Source: a bacterium
GTDB lineage: Bacteria > UBA8248
DNA: 64,000 nucleotides
Direction of reading: 5' to 3'
Assembly (NCBI GenBank): GCA_965219955.1
Contig: OZ244799.1
Coordinates: forward strand, 576,001-640,000
The notes beneath the pieces were generated by a model. It was not told the origin of the DNA. It saw only the letters and a list, made by a program, of their open reading frames with translations, and searched no databases. A program made the position numbers and the translations under genes. This document shows, one piece after another, positions 1-11,594 of the stretch (position 1 is the stretch's first letter; the number at the start of each line of letters is the position of its first letter).

Positions 1-227
1 TATTTTCTTCACATACATTTCGTTTTTCGGCCCGTCTTGAAGAACGATTGGCGAAAGGGACCCTGACTACCATTTCGCTCTACCGGCGTTTCCGCTGATT
101 CCAGAGGGAGACGCCGGGCGAGAACCGCCTGATTTTCAATCGAGATTTCTTGAATACGCCGTTTTGTCCCGATATCGGACGAAGCGCATGATTCATTGTT
201 GAATCAATTATCCGTGGATGATGTTCG

Positions 228-2582
228 ATGGATAGTCGCACACTGCAAGGCATTGAATTCGCGAGTGTTCTGAAGTTGCTGGAGGCTCGCTGCGCCTCCG
301 CGTCCGGAGCGGCTGCGGCCGGGGCGCTCCTTCCGGCCACCTCGTCTTTCGAGGTCGATACCCTGCTCGACGAGACCGACGAAGCGGTGGATCTCCTCGG
401 CGCCGGTGAATACATGCCGCTGGCGGCGTTCGATGACCCCGAAGAATGGCTCGAGGACATCAGGCGCAGGGGAGGGAACCTCGAAGGCGAAAAATTCCTC
501 TCGATTCTCTCCCTGCTGAACCTCGCCTCCGACGTTCGCCGCTTCGTGGAGGAGCGCGCCGAGAGGCTGCACAGGCTCAGGATGCGCATTCACGGCGCGG
601 ATATGCAATATCCCCTGGCCGCGCGAATCCGGCGCATTCTCGATGAGCGCGGCGAGGTGCGCGACGATGCGAGCCCGGATCTGAAGGAATCGAGAACGAA
701 ACAGCGCGCGCTCAGGGCCGAGATACGCCGCCTGCTCGACAGGATAATGACCGCGCACCCGAATGCGATTCAGGAGAATCTGATCGTCCAGCGGCGCGAG
801 CGGTATCTGGTTCCCGCCAGGACGACCTTTAAGCGCTCCTTCGAGGGCGTCATACAGGATCGCTCCGCGAGCGGGGAAACCCTGTTCGTCGAGCCGCTTT
901 CGGCGGTGCCCGTCAACAACGCCATCGCCGAGGAACGCGAGGCCGAGCGCGCGGAGGTCGAGAGAATCCTGCGCGACCTGACCGCGGAGGTGATGGCGGC
1001 GCGCGAGGCAATCGTATATCTGGTGGGATGCCTGGCGGGGCTCGACCTCATCTGGGCGAAGGCGCGTCTGGGTGTCGACTGGCGCGGCTCACGCGCGCAG
1101 GCGAGCGCGGACGGAGGCCTCCGGCTGCGAGCCGCGCGGCATCCCCTCCTCACGGCGGGCGTCGGCGCGGTGCCGAAAGAACAGGTGGTGCCCATCGATC
1201 TCGAGGTGGGAAGCCAGGGGGTGCGCCAGCTCCTCATCACCGGGCCCAACACGGGCGGCAAGACGGTGGCCCTGAAGACGGTGGGCCTTTGCGCCGCGCT
1301 TCACCAGTGCGGCGTGCCCATACCGGCCGCGCCCGAGAGCGCGCTGCCCGTCTTCAAGACGCTCGTCGCCGACATCGGGGATGAGCAGGACATTCAGCAG
1401 AACCTGAGCACCTTCTCGGGTCACATGGCGCGCGTCTCGGGCGCGGTGCGCGAGGCGAGAGAGGGCGTGCTCGTGCTCCTGGACGAACTGGGCTCGGGCA
1501 CCGACCCGGCGGAGGGTTCGGCCATCGGCGTCTCCGTGCTCGAGCATCTGGCGGCGAGCGGCGCGCTCTGCATCGTGACGACGCACCACGACGCGCTGAA
1601 GCATTACGCCTATGGGGCCGCGCACGCCGAGAACGCATCGGTGGAGTTCGACGCCGGGGATCTCTCGCCCACCTACCGTATCCGCATGGGTGCGGCGGGG
1701 CCGAGCAACGCCATGTCGGTGGCGCAGATGATGGGCTTGCCAGAGTCCGTTCTGGCGCGCGCGGATGCGCTGCTCATGAAAGGCCCCGTCCAGGTGGATC
1801 GCCTGATGGCGGACCTCTCCGATCAGGAGCGCGAGATCGAAGAAAAAGAGGCCGACCTCTCGGCCCGGCGGGCGCGGGTCGAAGAGCGCGAGAGAGAACT
1901 CGATCGCCAGTTAAGCGAGGAGGCGCGCCGAAGGGGCGATGACGCGGCCCGGTTCCTGAAGGACTTGAGGCGCGAGGCCGATGATCTTTTGAACGAGATG
2001 CGCGGGGCCCTCGAAATGGAGGAAGCCAAGCGTATCGCGCGCGAGCGCATCCGCGAGATGAGCGCCAAAATCGAGGAGGCGCTGCCCCGGAGGGAAGAGG
2101 GGGAGGCGGCGCGCGCGCCGGTTTCGCTTCGCAAAGGAGACAGGGTACGCATCCCGCTCATGAATTGCGCGGGCGAGGTGGCCGCCCTGCACGGAGAAGA
2201 CGAGTTGACGGTGACGGTGAACGGCAAATCCCTGCGCTTGTCCTTGAGCGTGGTGGAAGTTCTGGACGATGCGCCGGGCGCGCCTTCCCACAAGAGCACG
2301 GTGACGCACGACGTCGAATCGAGGGGAGGTGATTTCTCGCCCGAGCTTCAGCTGCGCGGCGTGCGCGCCGAACGCGCCGTCGAGATGGTGGATAAATATC
2401 TCGACGACGCCGCGCTCGTGGGAATCGCGTCGGTCCGCATCGTTCACGGCAAGGGAGAGGGGGTGCTCTCCAAGGTGGTCGCCGAGCGTCTGCAGGAACA
2501 TGCGCTCGTATCGAAGTTCGGCCCCGCGCGGCCCGAGGAGGGCGGCTGGGGCGTCACGAACGTGGAGTTGGCCCTGCGCTGA
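228..2582 (+). CDS. mutS2: Endonuclease MutS2
   Basis: Walker A GPNTGGKT, DIGDEQ and DELGSGTDP motifs; C-terminal Smr domain (LRG...IVHGKGEG). Confidence 0.95.
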   Translation: MDSRTLQGIEFASVLKLLEARCASASGAAAAGALLPATSSFEVDTLLDETDEAVDLLGAGEYMPLAAFDDPEEWLEDIRRRGGNLEGEKFLSILSLLNLASDVRRFVEERAERLHRLRMRIHGADMQYPLAARIRRILDERGEVRDDASPDLKESRTKQRALRAEIRRLLDRIMTAHPNAIQENLIVQRRERYLVPARTTFKRSFEGVIQDRSASGETLFVEPLSAVPVNNAIAEEREAERAEVERILRDLTAEVMAAREAIVYLVGCLAGLDLIWAKARLGVDWRGSRAQASADGGLRLRAARHPLLTAGVGAVPKEQVVPIDLEVGSQGVRQLLITGPNTGGKTVALKTVGLCAALHQCGVPIPAAPESALPVFKTLVADIGDEQDIQQNLSTFSGHMARVSGAVREAREGVLVLLDELGSGTDPAEGSAIGVSVLEHLAASGALCIVTTHHDALKHYAYGAAHAENASVEFDAGDLSPTYRIRMGAAGPSNAMSVAQMMGLPESVLARADALLMKGPVQVDRLMADLSDQEREIEEKEADLSARRARVEERERELDRQLSEEARRRGDDAARFLKDLRREADDLLNEMRGALEMEEAKRIARERIREMSAKIEEALPRREEGEAARAPVSLRKGDRVRIPLMNCAGEVAALHGEDELTVTVNGKSLRLSLSVVEVLDDAPGAPSHKSTVTHDVESRGGDFSPELQLRGVRAERAVEMVDKYLDDAALVGIASVRIVHGKGEGVLSKVVAERLQEHALVSKFGPARPEEGGWGVTNVELALR

Positions 2583-2612
2583 TGCTCCGCGTTTCGGAAT
2601 GAGGATGCAGGA

Positions 2613-4499
2613 ATGGGACGAGTGCCGGAAGAGGTGGTCGATCAGATAAGGGACGGCGCCCCGATAGAGGACGTCGTCGGCGAGTTCGTGAACCTCAAGA
2701 AGGCGGGGACGAACTACAAGGGGCTTTGTCCGTTCCATGACGAGAAGACGCCCTCGTTCAACGTGAACCCGCGCATGGGCATCTACAAGTGCTTCGGGTG
2801 CGGGGCGGGGGGCAACGCCTTTCAGTTCCTGATGCAGCACGAGGGCATGACTTTTCCAGAAGCCCTCGAACGCCTGGCGAAGCGCCAGGGAATCGACCTC
2901 TCCCGCTATGAGGATTCCCGGGAGCAAGGCCCCCGGAAGCCCGACGCGCGCGGGAAGATACTCGCCGCGAATCGCCTGGCGGCCGATTTCTTCAGGGCGG
3001 CGCTCAAGAGCAGCCCGGGCGAGCGGGGCCGCAAGTATCTGGAGGAGCGCGGCGTTGCGCAAGACGCCCTCGACAGGTTCCGGGTCGGGTTCGCGCCCCC
3101 GCGCTGGGACGCCCTCATCAAGGCGGCGGGCAAAAGGGGCGTATCTCCCGGTGACCTCGCGGAGGCGGGCCTCGCGGTGCGGAGTGAAGACGGAAGCCGG
3201 ATATACGATCGCTTCAGGGACCGCATCATGTTCCCCATCCGCAACCACGAGGGCGAGATCGTGGGCTTCGGCGGGCGTTCGCTACCCGACAGCGATTCGC
3301 GCCACGCCACCGCGAAATACGTGAATTCACCGGATACGGCGCTCTTCAGGAAGGGCCGGACTTTATACGGCTTTTACGAGGGCAGGGAGTCGATTCGCGA
3401 GAAAAAGCGCGTCCTGGTGACGGAGGGGTATTTCGACGTCATATCGCTTTGGCGGCACGGGTTCCAGGAGGCCGTGGCGCCTCTCGGCACGGCCCTGACC
3501 GCCGAGCACATCAGGAGTCTCAGGGCGCACGCCGAGGAACTCGTGTTCGTCTTTGATCCCGATGCCGCGGGTCTCGCGGCTTCCGAGCGCGCGGGTTCGG
3601 TGGCGGGGCGTATGCTCGGCCTCGCGGCCGCGCCCGACCTGCTCGTGGCCGGCGACGTGCTGCGCAAGAACTTCATCGACCGCGACGGTGCGGGCGCCGT
3701 GCGCCTCCGGGTGGTGAACCTGCCCGAAGGGCGCGACGTCGATACGTTTTTGGGGGAAAACGGGGCGGAGGATTTCGCCCGGCTCCTCTCCTCCGCGGAG
3801 GGCATCCTGGAGAACACCGTCCAGACCGCGATGGCCGGAATCGCCGCGGGCGCGAGCCAGGCCGAGAAAATCGAGGCCATCCAGCGGCTTTTGCCCATAC
3901 TCGGGGCTTGCCACCGCAGCGTTCAGGACCAATATTTGGCATTGCTGGAGGATCAGCTCGGGATTCCCTATCCCACGCTGACGGCCATGGTGAGGAGGAT
4001 GCTGGCGGAAAACGCCCGGGAAAGCTCGCCCCGGGGAGAGGAAAAAAAGGTCGATCTGCTGGGGGAGAACCTCGAGCGTCCAAAATTCGAGACGGACGCC
4101 TTGCAGCTTCTGCTCATGAAGCCGGAGTTGGCGTCCGAGGTGCCCGATGGCCTGATGACCGACCCCGCGGTGGGCGAGGTCCTCTCTCTCATGAAATCGC
4201 AGGATGCGGCCTCGCTCACGGCGGCTTCCATTGCGGACAGGCTGGAGAGTCCCGCCGCGCGCGCCCTGGTGGTGGAGTTGGCCGTCGTGGAGGTGGAGCC
4301 CGAAGAAGTCGAGGCGGAGCTTTTCGATTGCATCGAGAGGCTCAGGGAGCGGAGCCGCCGAAAGGTGGAAGCGGATTTGATGAAGCGCATCGAGCAGACG
4401 CGCAAGGATGAGGGGGAGGATTCCCCTGAAATGTGGAAACTCCTGGAGCGGAAAAACGCGCTTTTGCGCGAGCGGCAGAGAGCGGCCTCTCCGCGCTGA
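2613..4499 (+). CDS. dnaG: DNA primase
   Basis: CPFHDEKTPSF..CFGC zinc finger, DRFRDRIMFPI, KYVNSP, TOPRIM EGYFD; directly upstream of rpoD. Confidence 0.97.
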   Translation: MGRVPEEVVDQIRDGAPIEDVVGEFVNLKKAGTNYKGLCPFHDEKTPSFNVNPRMGIYKCFGCGAGGNAFQFLMQHEGMTFPEALERLAKRQGIDLSRYEDSREQGPRKPDARGKILAANRLAADFFRAALKSSPGERGRKYLEERGVAQDALDRFRVGFAPPRWDALIKAAGKRGVSPGDLAEAGLAVRSEDGSRIYDRFRDRIMFPIRNHEGEIVGFGGRSLPDSDSRHATAKYVNSPDTALFRKGRTLYGFYEGRESIREKKRVLVTEGYFDVISLWRHGFQEAVAPLGTALTAEHIRSLRAHAEELVFVFDPDAAGLAASERAGSVAGRMLGLAAAPDLLVAGDVLRKNFIDRDGAGAVRLRVVNLPEGRDVDTFLGENGAEDFARLLSSAEGILENTVQTAMAGIAAGASQAEKIEAIQRLLPILGACHRSVQDQYLALLEDQLGIPYPTLTAMVRRMLAENARESSPRGEEKKVDLLGENLERPKFETDALQLLLMKPELASEVPDGLMTDPAVGEVLSLMKSQDAASLTAASIADRLESPAARALVVELAVVEVEPEEVEAELFDCIERLRERSRRKVEADLMKRIEQTRKDEGEDSPEMWKLLERKNALLRERQRAASPR

Positions 4500-4557
4500 A
4501 GCGTTTTGAGGGCATTCACGTTTTTTTAGATTCGCACTGGCCGGACTGCCCGGCCGG

Positions 4558-6360
<1,803 letters not shown>

Positions 6361-6378
6361 GCCGAAAACCTCGCGCGA

Positions 6379-6407
6379 TTGACATTGAACGCGCGCGGGG
6401 CCATATA
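6379..6407 (+). promoter_or_regulatory. Sigma70-like promoter upstream of the tRNA
   Basis: TTGACA-N17-CATATA. Confidence 0.55.
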
Positions 6408-6487
6408 TGCACAGCGAACGGGCGGCGCCCGAGGCGGAGGACGCACCGATCTTCCGATGCGCCCCTCTTGACGGTCGCGTTGCTATC

Positions 6488-6562
6488 GGGCCCATAGCTC
6501 AGCGGTAGAGCCGCCGGCTCATAACCGGCTGGTCCTTGGTTCGAATCCAGGTGGGCCCACCA
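6488..6562 (+). tRNA. tRNA with CAT anticodon, most likely tRNA-Ile2 (lysidine)
   Basis: GGGCCCA/TGGGCCC acceptor stem, anticodon loop CTCATAA, GGTTCGAATCC T-loop, encoded CCA. The position after rpoD is typical of Ile2. Confidence 0.9.
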
Positions 6563-6607
6563 CGCGATTTCTGGTTGATTTCCTGATGATGCGAGGAGCA
6601 TGGCGTA

Positions 6608-7360
6608 GTGCACCCGGAACTGGCGGCCTTGATGGAGCTTCAGGCGATAGACGTCCAGATGGATCAATGCCGTGACGCGATTTCCAGAATTCCCGCATCC
6701 ATCGAGAAGGAAGAGCGGTATTTGACGGGGTTCGAGTCGTCCGTCGCGGATCTCGAAGGGGAAGTGGAAGCCGCCAGGAAGAAACTGCGCGAAGCGGAGG
6801 GCGAAATCCAGTCCTTTGATCAGAAGCTGAGAGACACGCGCGGCAAGCAGACCCTCGTCAAGACGAACGAGGAATACCGCGCCCTGGGGGCGGAGATCGA
6901 GGGGTATCAGAACCGGATCAGCGCTCTTGAGGATACCGTTCTCGAGATCATGGAGAGCATGCCGGCGCACGAGGAGAAGCTCGCAGGCGCGCGCGGCGAA
7001 CTGGAAACGGCCCGGGGCAAGGTGCAGGGCGAGGTGAAGAAGTACGAGAGCCGCCGGGCGGATTTCGAGCGTGAATTAAGCGGGCTTCTCGATAAGTCGA
7101 AAACCCTCGCGGGCGGCGTGAGCGAGGAGTGGCTGAAGCGCTATGAGGGCTTGAGAAAATCCCGGAAGGGGCTCGCCGTCTGCGCCGTCGTCAATCGCAC
7201 CTGCCAGGGTTGCCGCATGGCGGAGACCATCAAGCGCTTTCTGGAGATCAGGGATTCTGAGGACAGGATTTACACGTGCTCGAATTGCAAGCGCATCCTC
7301 TACTACCACGAAGAGGGCGAGAGCGTGGAGTTGAGCCTGCCGGCGGTGGACGAGGAATGA
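6608..7360 (+). CDS. Coiled-coil protein with C4 zinc ribbon (DUF164 family)
   Basis: L.ELQ.ID start, long coiled coil, C-terminal CQGC...CSNCKRILY. Confidence 0.85.
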   Translation: MHPELAALMELQAIDVQMDQCRDAISRIPASIEKEERYLTGFESSVADLEGEVEAARKKLREAEGEIQSFDQKLRDTRGKQTLVKTNEEYRALGAEIEGYQNRISALEDTVLEIMESMPAHEEKLAGARGELETARGKVQGEVKKYESRRADFERELSGLLDKSKTLAGGVSEEWLKRYEGLRKSRKGLAVCAVVNRTCQGCRMAETIKRFLEIRDSEDRIYTCSNCKRILYYHEEGESVELSLPAVDEE

Positions 7361-7770
7361 AGGCGGGCCACCTTCGGATTCACACAGACGGCGCCGCGCG
7401 GGGGAATCCGGGTCCGGCGGGCGCCGCCGCCCTGTTGTACGACGATGCGGGCAACTGCGTGGCGGAGGAGACGAAGTATCTCGGCACGGCGACGAACAAC
7501 GTGGCGGAATACCAGGCGTTCTTGCTGGGCCTTGAGCGCGCGGAGAGGCTCGGCGCCCTTAGCGTGGAAGTCGTGACGGACTCCGAACTCATGGCCCGCC
7601 AGTGGAGCGGTGAGTACCGGGTCCGGAACAAGGCCCTCAAGCCCTTGTATGAGCGGGCGAAGGCGGCGGCGGGGAAATTCGGTTCGGTCGAGGTACGCCA
7701 TGTGCGCCGCGGGGAAAACACGGCGGCCGATGCCGCCGCCAATCGCGCCATCGACGGCGCGATGGATTGA
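7357..7770 (+). CDS. rnhA: Ribonuclease HI
   Basis: TDGAARGNPGPAG, TNNVAEY, DSEL, HVRRGENTAAD motifs; ATG overlaps the upstream stop. Confidence 0.9.
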   Translation: MKAGHLRIHTDGAARGNPGPAGAAALLYDDAGNCVAEETKYLGTATNNVAEYQAFLLGLERAERLGALSVEVVTDSELMARQWSGEYRVRNKALKPLYERAKAAAGKFGSVEVRHVRRGENTAADAAANRAIDGAMD

Positions 7771-7845
7771 CGAGTACACTTCCGTGCCACGGTATTCGCC
7801 GGCCGCTGATTGTGTAAGTAACGGCGCGAGAGTATGAAATATCTA

Positions 7846-8209
<364 letters not shown>

Positions 8210-8295
8210 TCGAGATGTTCAGGTACGCGTGCTTCAAAAGCGCGAGAATGCACGCGACGGAAAGATGCTTTGAAATCATAAAGAGTGGAGATGCA

Positions 8296-8679
8296 ATGTA
8301 TTTTGCTTGGCTTCTACTTGTCGCAATACTGGCCGGGGGGTGCGCATCTTATAGCGATATCAAGAACATGCCTGTAAACCGACGCTACCATGTCAGTGGA
8401 GTGTCGGCGGAATCACTTTCTGCATGCATTCGCGAAAGGCTTCAGGAGGAGGGGGGCTTCCCTCTCTACCGGAATTTCGATCTTCGTCGACGGGCGTGGA
8501 TAGTGGCTGCCGCCATAGATGCCTCCAATTATTCCTACTCACTCTCGATTTTTGGCGACACGCCCCGGAACATCACGGTTGAACTGCGATCTTTGAGAAC
8601 AGTTTGGGGCACTCTTCAAGCTCCCGAAGAGAAGATAGCGAAAAATTTGCGTGAATGCGAGAATTTGATTACCCCATAG
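8296..8679 (+). CDS. Hypothetical lipoprotein
   Basis: Hydrophobic signal ending LAGGC (lipobox-like); AT-richer than flanking genes. Confidence 0.55.
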   Translation: MYFAWLLLVAILAGGCASYSDIKNMPVNRRYHVSGVSAESLSACIRERLQEEGGFPLYRNFDLRRRAWIVAAAIDASNYSYSLSIFGDTPRNITVELRSLRTVWGTLQAPEEKIAKNLRECENLITP

Positions 8680-8797
8680 TTGGAAAGCACCTAGTGCCTC
8701 TCGGTGCGCAGGGGCAGATGACCGTAGGTGAGTTGGTGATCATCGAAGCTGAAAACGTGGTGCCCTGTTTTTCTACTCCATAGGACGAAGAATACAT

Positions 8798-10048
8798 ATG
8801 CGCATGGAATCCCAGGTATCACAAAAAGCGCTGGAACCAACGCTCATCGCCGCCGAGGCGGCCCGGGCGGCGGAGGCGATGGCTCCTCATCTGAGGCCGA
8901 CCCCCGCCCGTCTCAGCGAGAATTTCTCCGAGCAGTTGGGGGTCGAGGTATATCTCAAGCCGGAGAATTTCCAGCGGACGGGTTCGTTCAAGGTGCGCGG
9001 CGCCCTGTACGCGCTGCAAAAACTGGAACCCGCGCAACTCCAGTGGGGCGTCGTGACCGCCAGCGCGGGGAACCACGCCCAGGGCGTGGCCTTCGCGGCC
9101 AAGCAGTTGGGCGTCAGGGCCCTTGTGGTGATGCCCGAAGCCACGCCGAACACCAAGCTCGACGCCGTGCGGGCCCTGGGCGCTGAAACCGAGCTGTTCG
9201 GCGCATCGTTCGATGACGCCTATGCGCGCGCGCGCGCCTACGAGGAAGATCGCGGCCTGACGATGATACCGCCTTTCGATCACCCCGACGTTATCGCGGG
9301 CCAGGGCACGCTGGGCATCGAGATACTCGAGGAAGTGCCTGACGTAGGCACCATCCTCGTGCCCGTCGGCGGCGGCGGCCTCATCTCGGGCCTCGCCGCG
9401 GTGGTGAAGACCCGAAAACCCGGCGTGCGCATCATCGGCGTGGTGGCGGAGGGCGCCGCGGCGCTCATGCGCTCGCTCGATGCGGGGAGAATCGTCGAGT
9501 CGAAAACCGTCCAGACGATTGCGGACGGCATCGCCGTCAAGAGAAACGGGGAGCTTTGTTTCCCCCTGATTCAGGACCTGGTGGATCAGGTGGTCTCGGT
9601 CTCCGACGATGCGATGGCCAACGCCATTCTGGGGCTCCTGGAGCGCGAACGGATGCTGAGCGAGGCGGCGGGCGCCTCCTCCCTCGCGGCGCTCATCGAG
9701 AGGAAAACCAGGGTGAGCGGCAAGGTGGTCGCGCTGATCAGCGGCGGGAATCTGGACGTCAACCTGCTCTCGCGAATCATCGGCAAGGGGCTGGCCCTCG
9801 CAAACCGATACGCGCGGATTCAGGTGCCGCTGCACGATGCGCCCGGCGCGCTCATGCGCCTTTCGAAAATCGTGGCCGATTGCCGGGTGAACATCATCCA
9901 CATCGAACACGACAGGCTTTCGACGGAAGTGCCCATCAACCATACCCTCTCGACCCTTCACATGGAGGTGCGCGGGCGGGAGCATCTCGAGCAACTGATA
10001 CAGCTTCTGCTGCAGGAAGGATACGAAGTGCGCCGGGAGGAAGCGTAA
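8798..10048 (+). CDS. ilvA: Threonine ammonia-lyase with C-terminal ACT domain
   Basis: PLP lysine motif ENFQRTGSFKVRGA, SAGNHAQG, VGGGGL, SGGN. Confidence 0.92.
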   Translation: MRMESQVSQKALEPTLIAAEAARAAEAMAPHLRPTPARLSENFSEQLGVEVYLKPENFQRTGSFKVRGALYALQKLEPAQLQWGVVTASAGNHAQGVAFAAKQLGVRALVVMPEATPNTKLDAVRALGAETELFGASFDDAYARARAYEEDRGLTMIPPFDHPDVIAGQGTLGIEILEEVPDVGTILVPVGGGGLISGLAAVVKTRKPGVRIIGVVAEGAAALMRSLDAGRIVESKTVQTIADGIAVKRNGELCFPLIQDLVDQVVSVSDDAMANAILGLLERERMLSEAAGASSLAALIERKTRVSGKVVALISGGNLDVNLLSRIIGKGLALANRYARIQVPLHDAPGALMRLSKIVADCRVNIIHIEHDRLSTEVPINHTLSTLHMEVRGREHLEQLIQLLLQEGYEVRREEA

Positions 10049-10051
10049 CCC

Positions 10052-11593
10052 ATGAGCGGGAAGCGCCGCGCCGTCATCAGCGTGAGCGACAAGAGGGGCG
10101 CGGTGGAACTCGGCGCCGCCCTGGCCGACGCGGGCTGGGAGGTGCTGTCCACCGGCGGCACGGCCGGAGCGCTGCGTGACGCGGGCGTCCCCGTGCGGGA
10201 GGTTTCCGATTATACGGGGCAGCCCGAAATCATGGGCGGCCGCGTCAAGACGCTTCACCCCAAGGTGCTGGGCGGCATCCTCGCGCTCCTGCCCGGGCAG
10301 GAAGAGGAGATGCGGGCGAACGACATCGCGCCCATCGACCTGGTGGCGGTGAACCTCTATCCCTTCCGGGAGACCGTCGCCAGGCCCGGCGTCACGCGGG
10401 AGGAGGCGATCGAGCAGATCGACATCGGCGGTCCCACCATGGTGCGCGCGGCTTCCAAGAACCATGGCCGCGTGGCCGTACTCGTCGATCCGGACGATTA
10501 CCCCGACGCCATCGCCCACATCCGAAACGGAGGTCATTTCCCGCCCGACTGGCTGGCGGGCCTGGCCCTGAAGGCCTTTCGCCACACCGCGAGCTATGAC
10601 GCCGCCATATCCGGCTATCTCGGCGATGGCGACGAGGACGCGCTTCCCGAGTGGATCGAGATGAATCTCGACCGCGTCCAGACGCTCCGCTACGGGGAGA
10701 ACCCACACCAGAAGGGCGCGCTCTACCGTCTCGCCGGCCGGTGCGGTTTTTCTCTTTGCGACGCCGAGATTCTGGGCGGCAAGGAACTCTCCTTCAACAA
10801 TCTGCTCGACGCCGCCGCCGCCGCGGAACTCGCGCACGATCTGGAGGGCGTGGGCTGCGCCGTCATCAAGCACACCAATCCGTGCGGCGTGGGCCTGGGC
10901 GATACCCAGGCGGCCGCCTACGAGCGCGCGCTCGCGTGCGATCCGGTCTCGGCCTTCGGCAGCGTGATCGGCTATAACCGCAAGGTCGATGCAGACACGG
11001 CCGAAGCCATGCGAAAACTCTTCGTCGAGGCGGTGGTCGCGCCCGATTTCGACGATGAGGCGCTCGCCATCATGCGGAAGAAGAAAAACCTGAGAATCCT
11101 GCGCCTTGACGGCCTGGGGGGCGAATCCGCGCCTTCGGGGCTCGACATGCGCTCGATACCCGGCGGAGTGCTCCTGCAGGAGCGCGACCGGCTGTCGGAA
11201 GAGGAGTTCCGCTGGGAGGTCGTCACCCCGCGCGCGCCCTCGGCGGATGAGGAAAAAGCGCTCAGGATCGCCTGGCGGGTGGCGCGCCACGTGAAGAGCA
11301 ACGCCATCGTCATGGCCGACAAGGACGGCACGGTGGGCGTGGGCGCGGGCCAGATGAGCCGGGTGGACTCCACCCGCCTCGCGGCGGAGCGCGCCGTCTT
11401 GCCCCTCGAAGGCTGCGCCCTGGGCTCGGACGCGTTCTTCCCCTTCCGCGACGGCATCGACGCCGCGGCTTCCCACGGCGTGAGGGCGATAGCCCAGCCG
11501 GGCGGCTCCATGCGCGATGAAGAGGTCATCGAGGCGGCGGCCGGGCACGATATCGCCATGGTCTTCACGGGCAGACGCCACTTCAGACATTGA
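10052..11593 (+). CDS. purH: Bifunctional AICAR formyltransferase/IMP cyclohydrolase
   Basis: ISVSDK, STGGT, GRVKTLHP, IDIGGP, LRYGENPHQ, SDAFFPF, TGRRHFRH. Confidence 0.97.
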   Translation: MSGKRRAVISVSDKRGAVELGAALADAGWEVLSTGGTAGALRDAGVPVREVSDYTGQPEIMGGRVKTLHPKVLGGILALLPGQEEEMRANDIAPIDLVAVNLYPFRETVARPGVTREEAIEQIDIGGPTMVRAASKNHGRVAVLVDPDDYPDAIAHIRNGGHFPPDWLAGLALKAFRHTASYDAAISGYLGDGDEDALPEWIEMNLDRVQTLRYGENPHQKGALYRLAGRCGFSLCDAEILGGKELSFNNLLDAAAAAELAHDLEGVGCAVIKHTNPCGVGLGDTQAAAYERALACDPVSAFGSVIGYNRKVDADTAEAMRKLFVEAVVAPDFDDEALAIMRKKKNLRILRLDGLGGESAPSGLDMRSIPGGVLLQERDRLSEEEFRWEVVTPRAPSADEEKALRIAWRVARHVKSNAIVMADKDGTVGVGAGQMSRVDSTRLAAERAVLPLEGCALGSDAFFPFRDGIDAAASHGVRAIAQPGGSMRDEEVIEAAAGHDIAMVFTGRRHFRH

Positions 11594-11594
11594 G

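Noticed and set aside
1-75. Start of a divergent gene running off the left edge (MYVKKI...)
   Set aside because: Too little sequence to support a call.
6408-6487. Possible small RNA between rpoD and the tRNA
   Set aside because: Only a modest GC-rich hairpin; adequately explained as tRNA leader.
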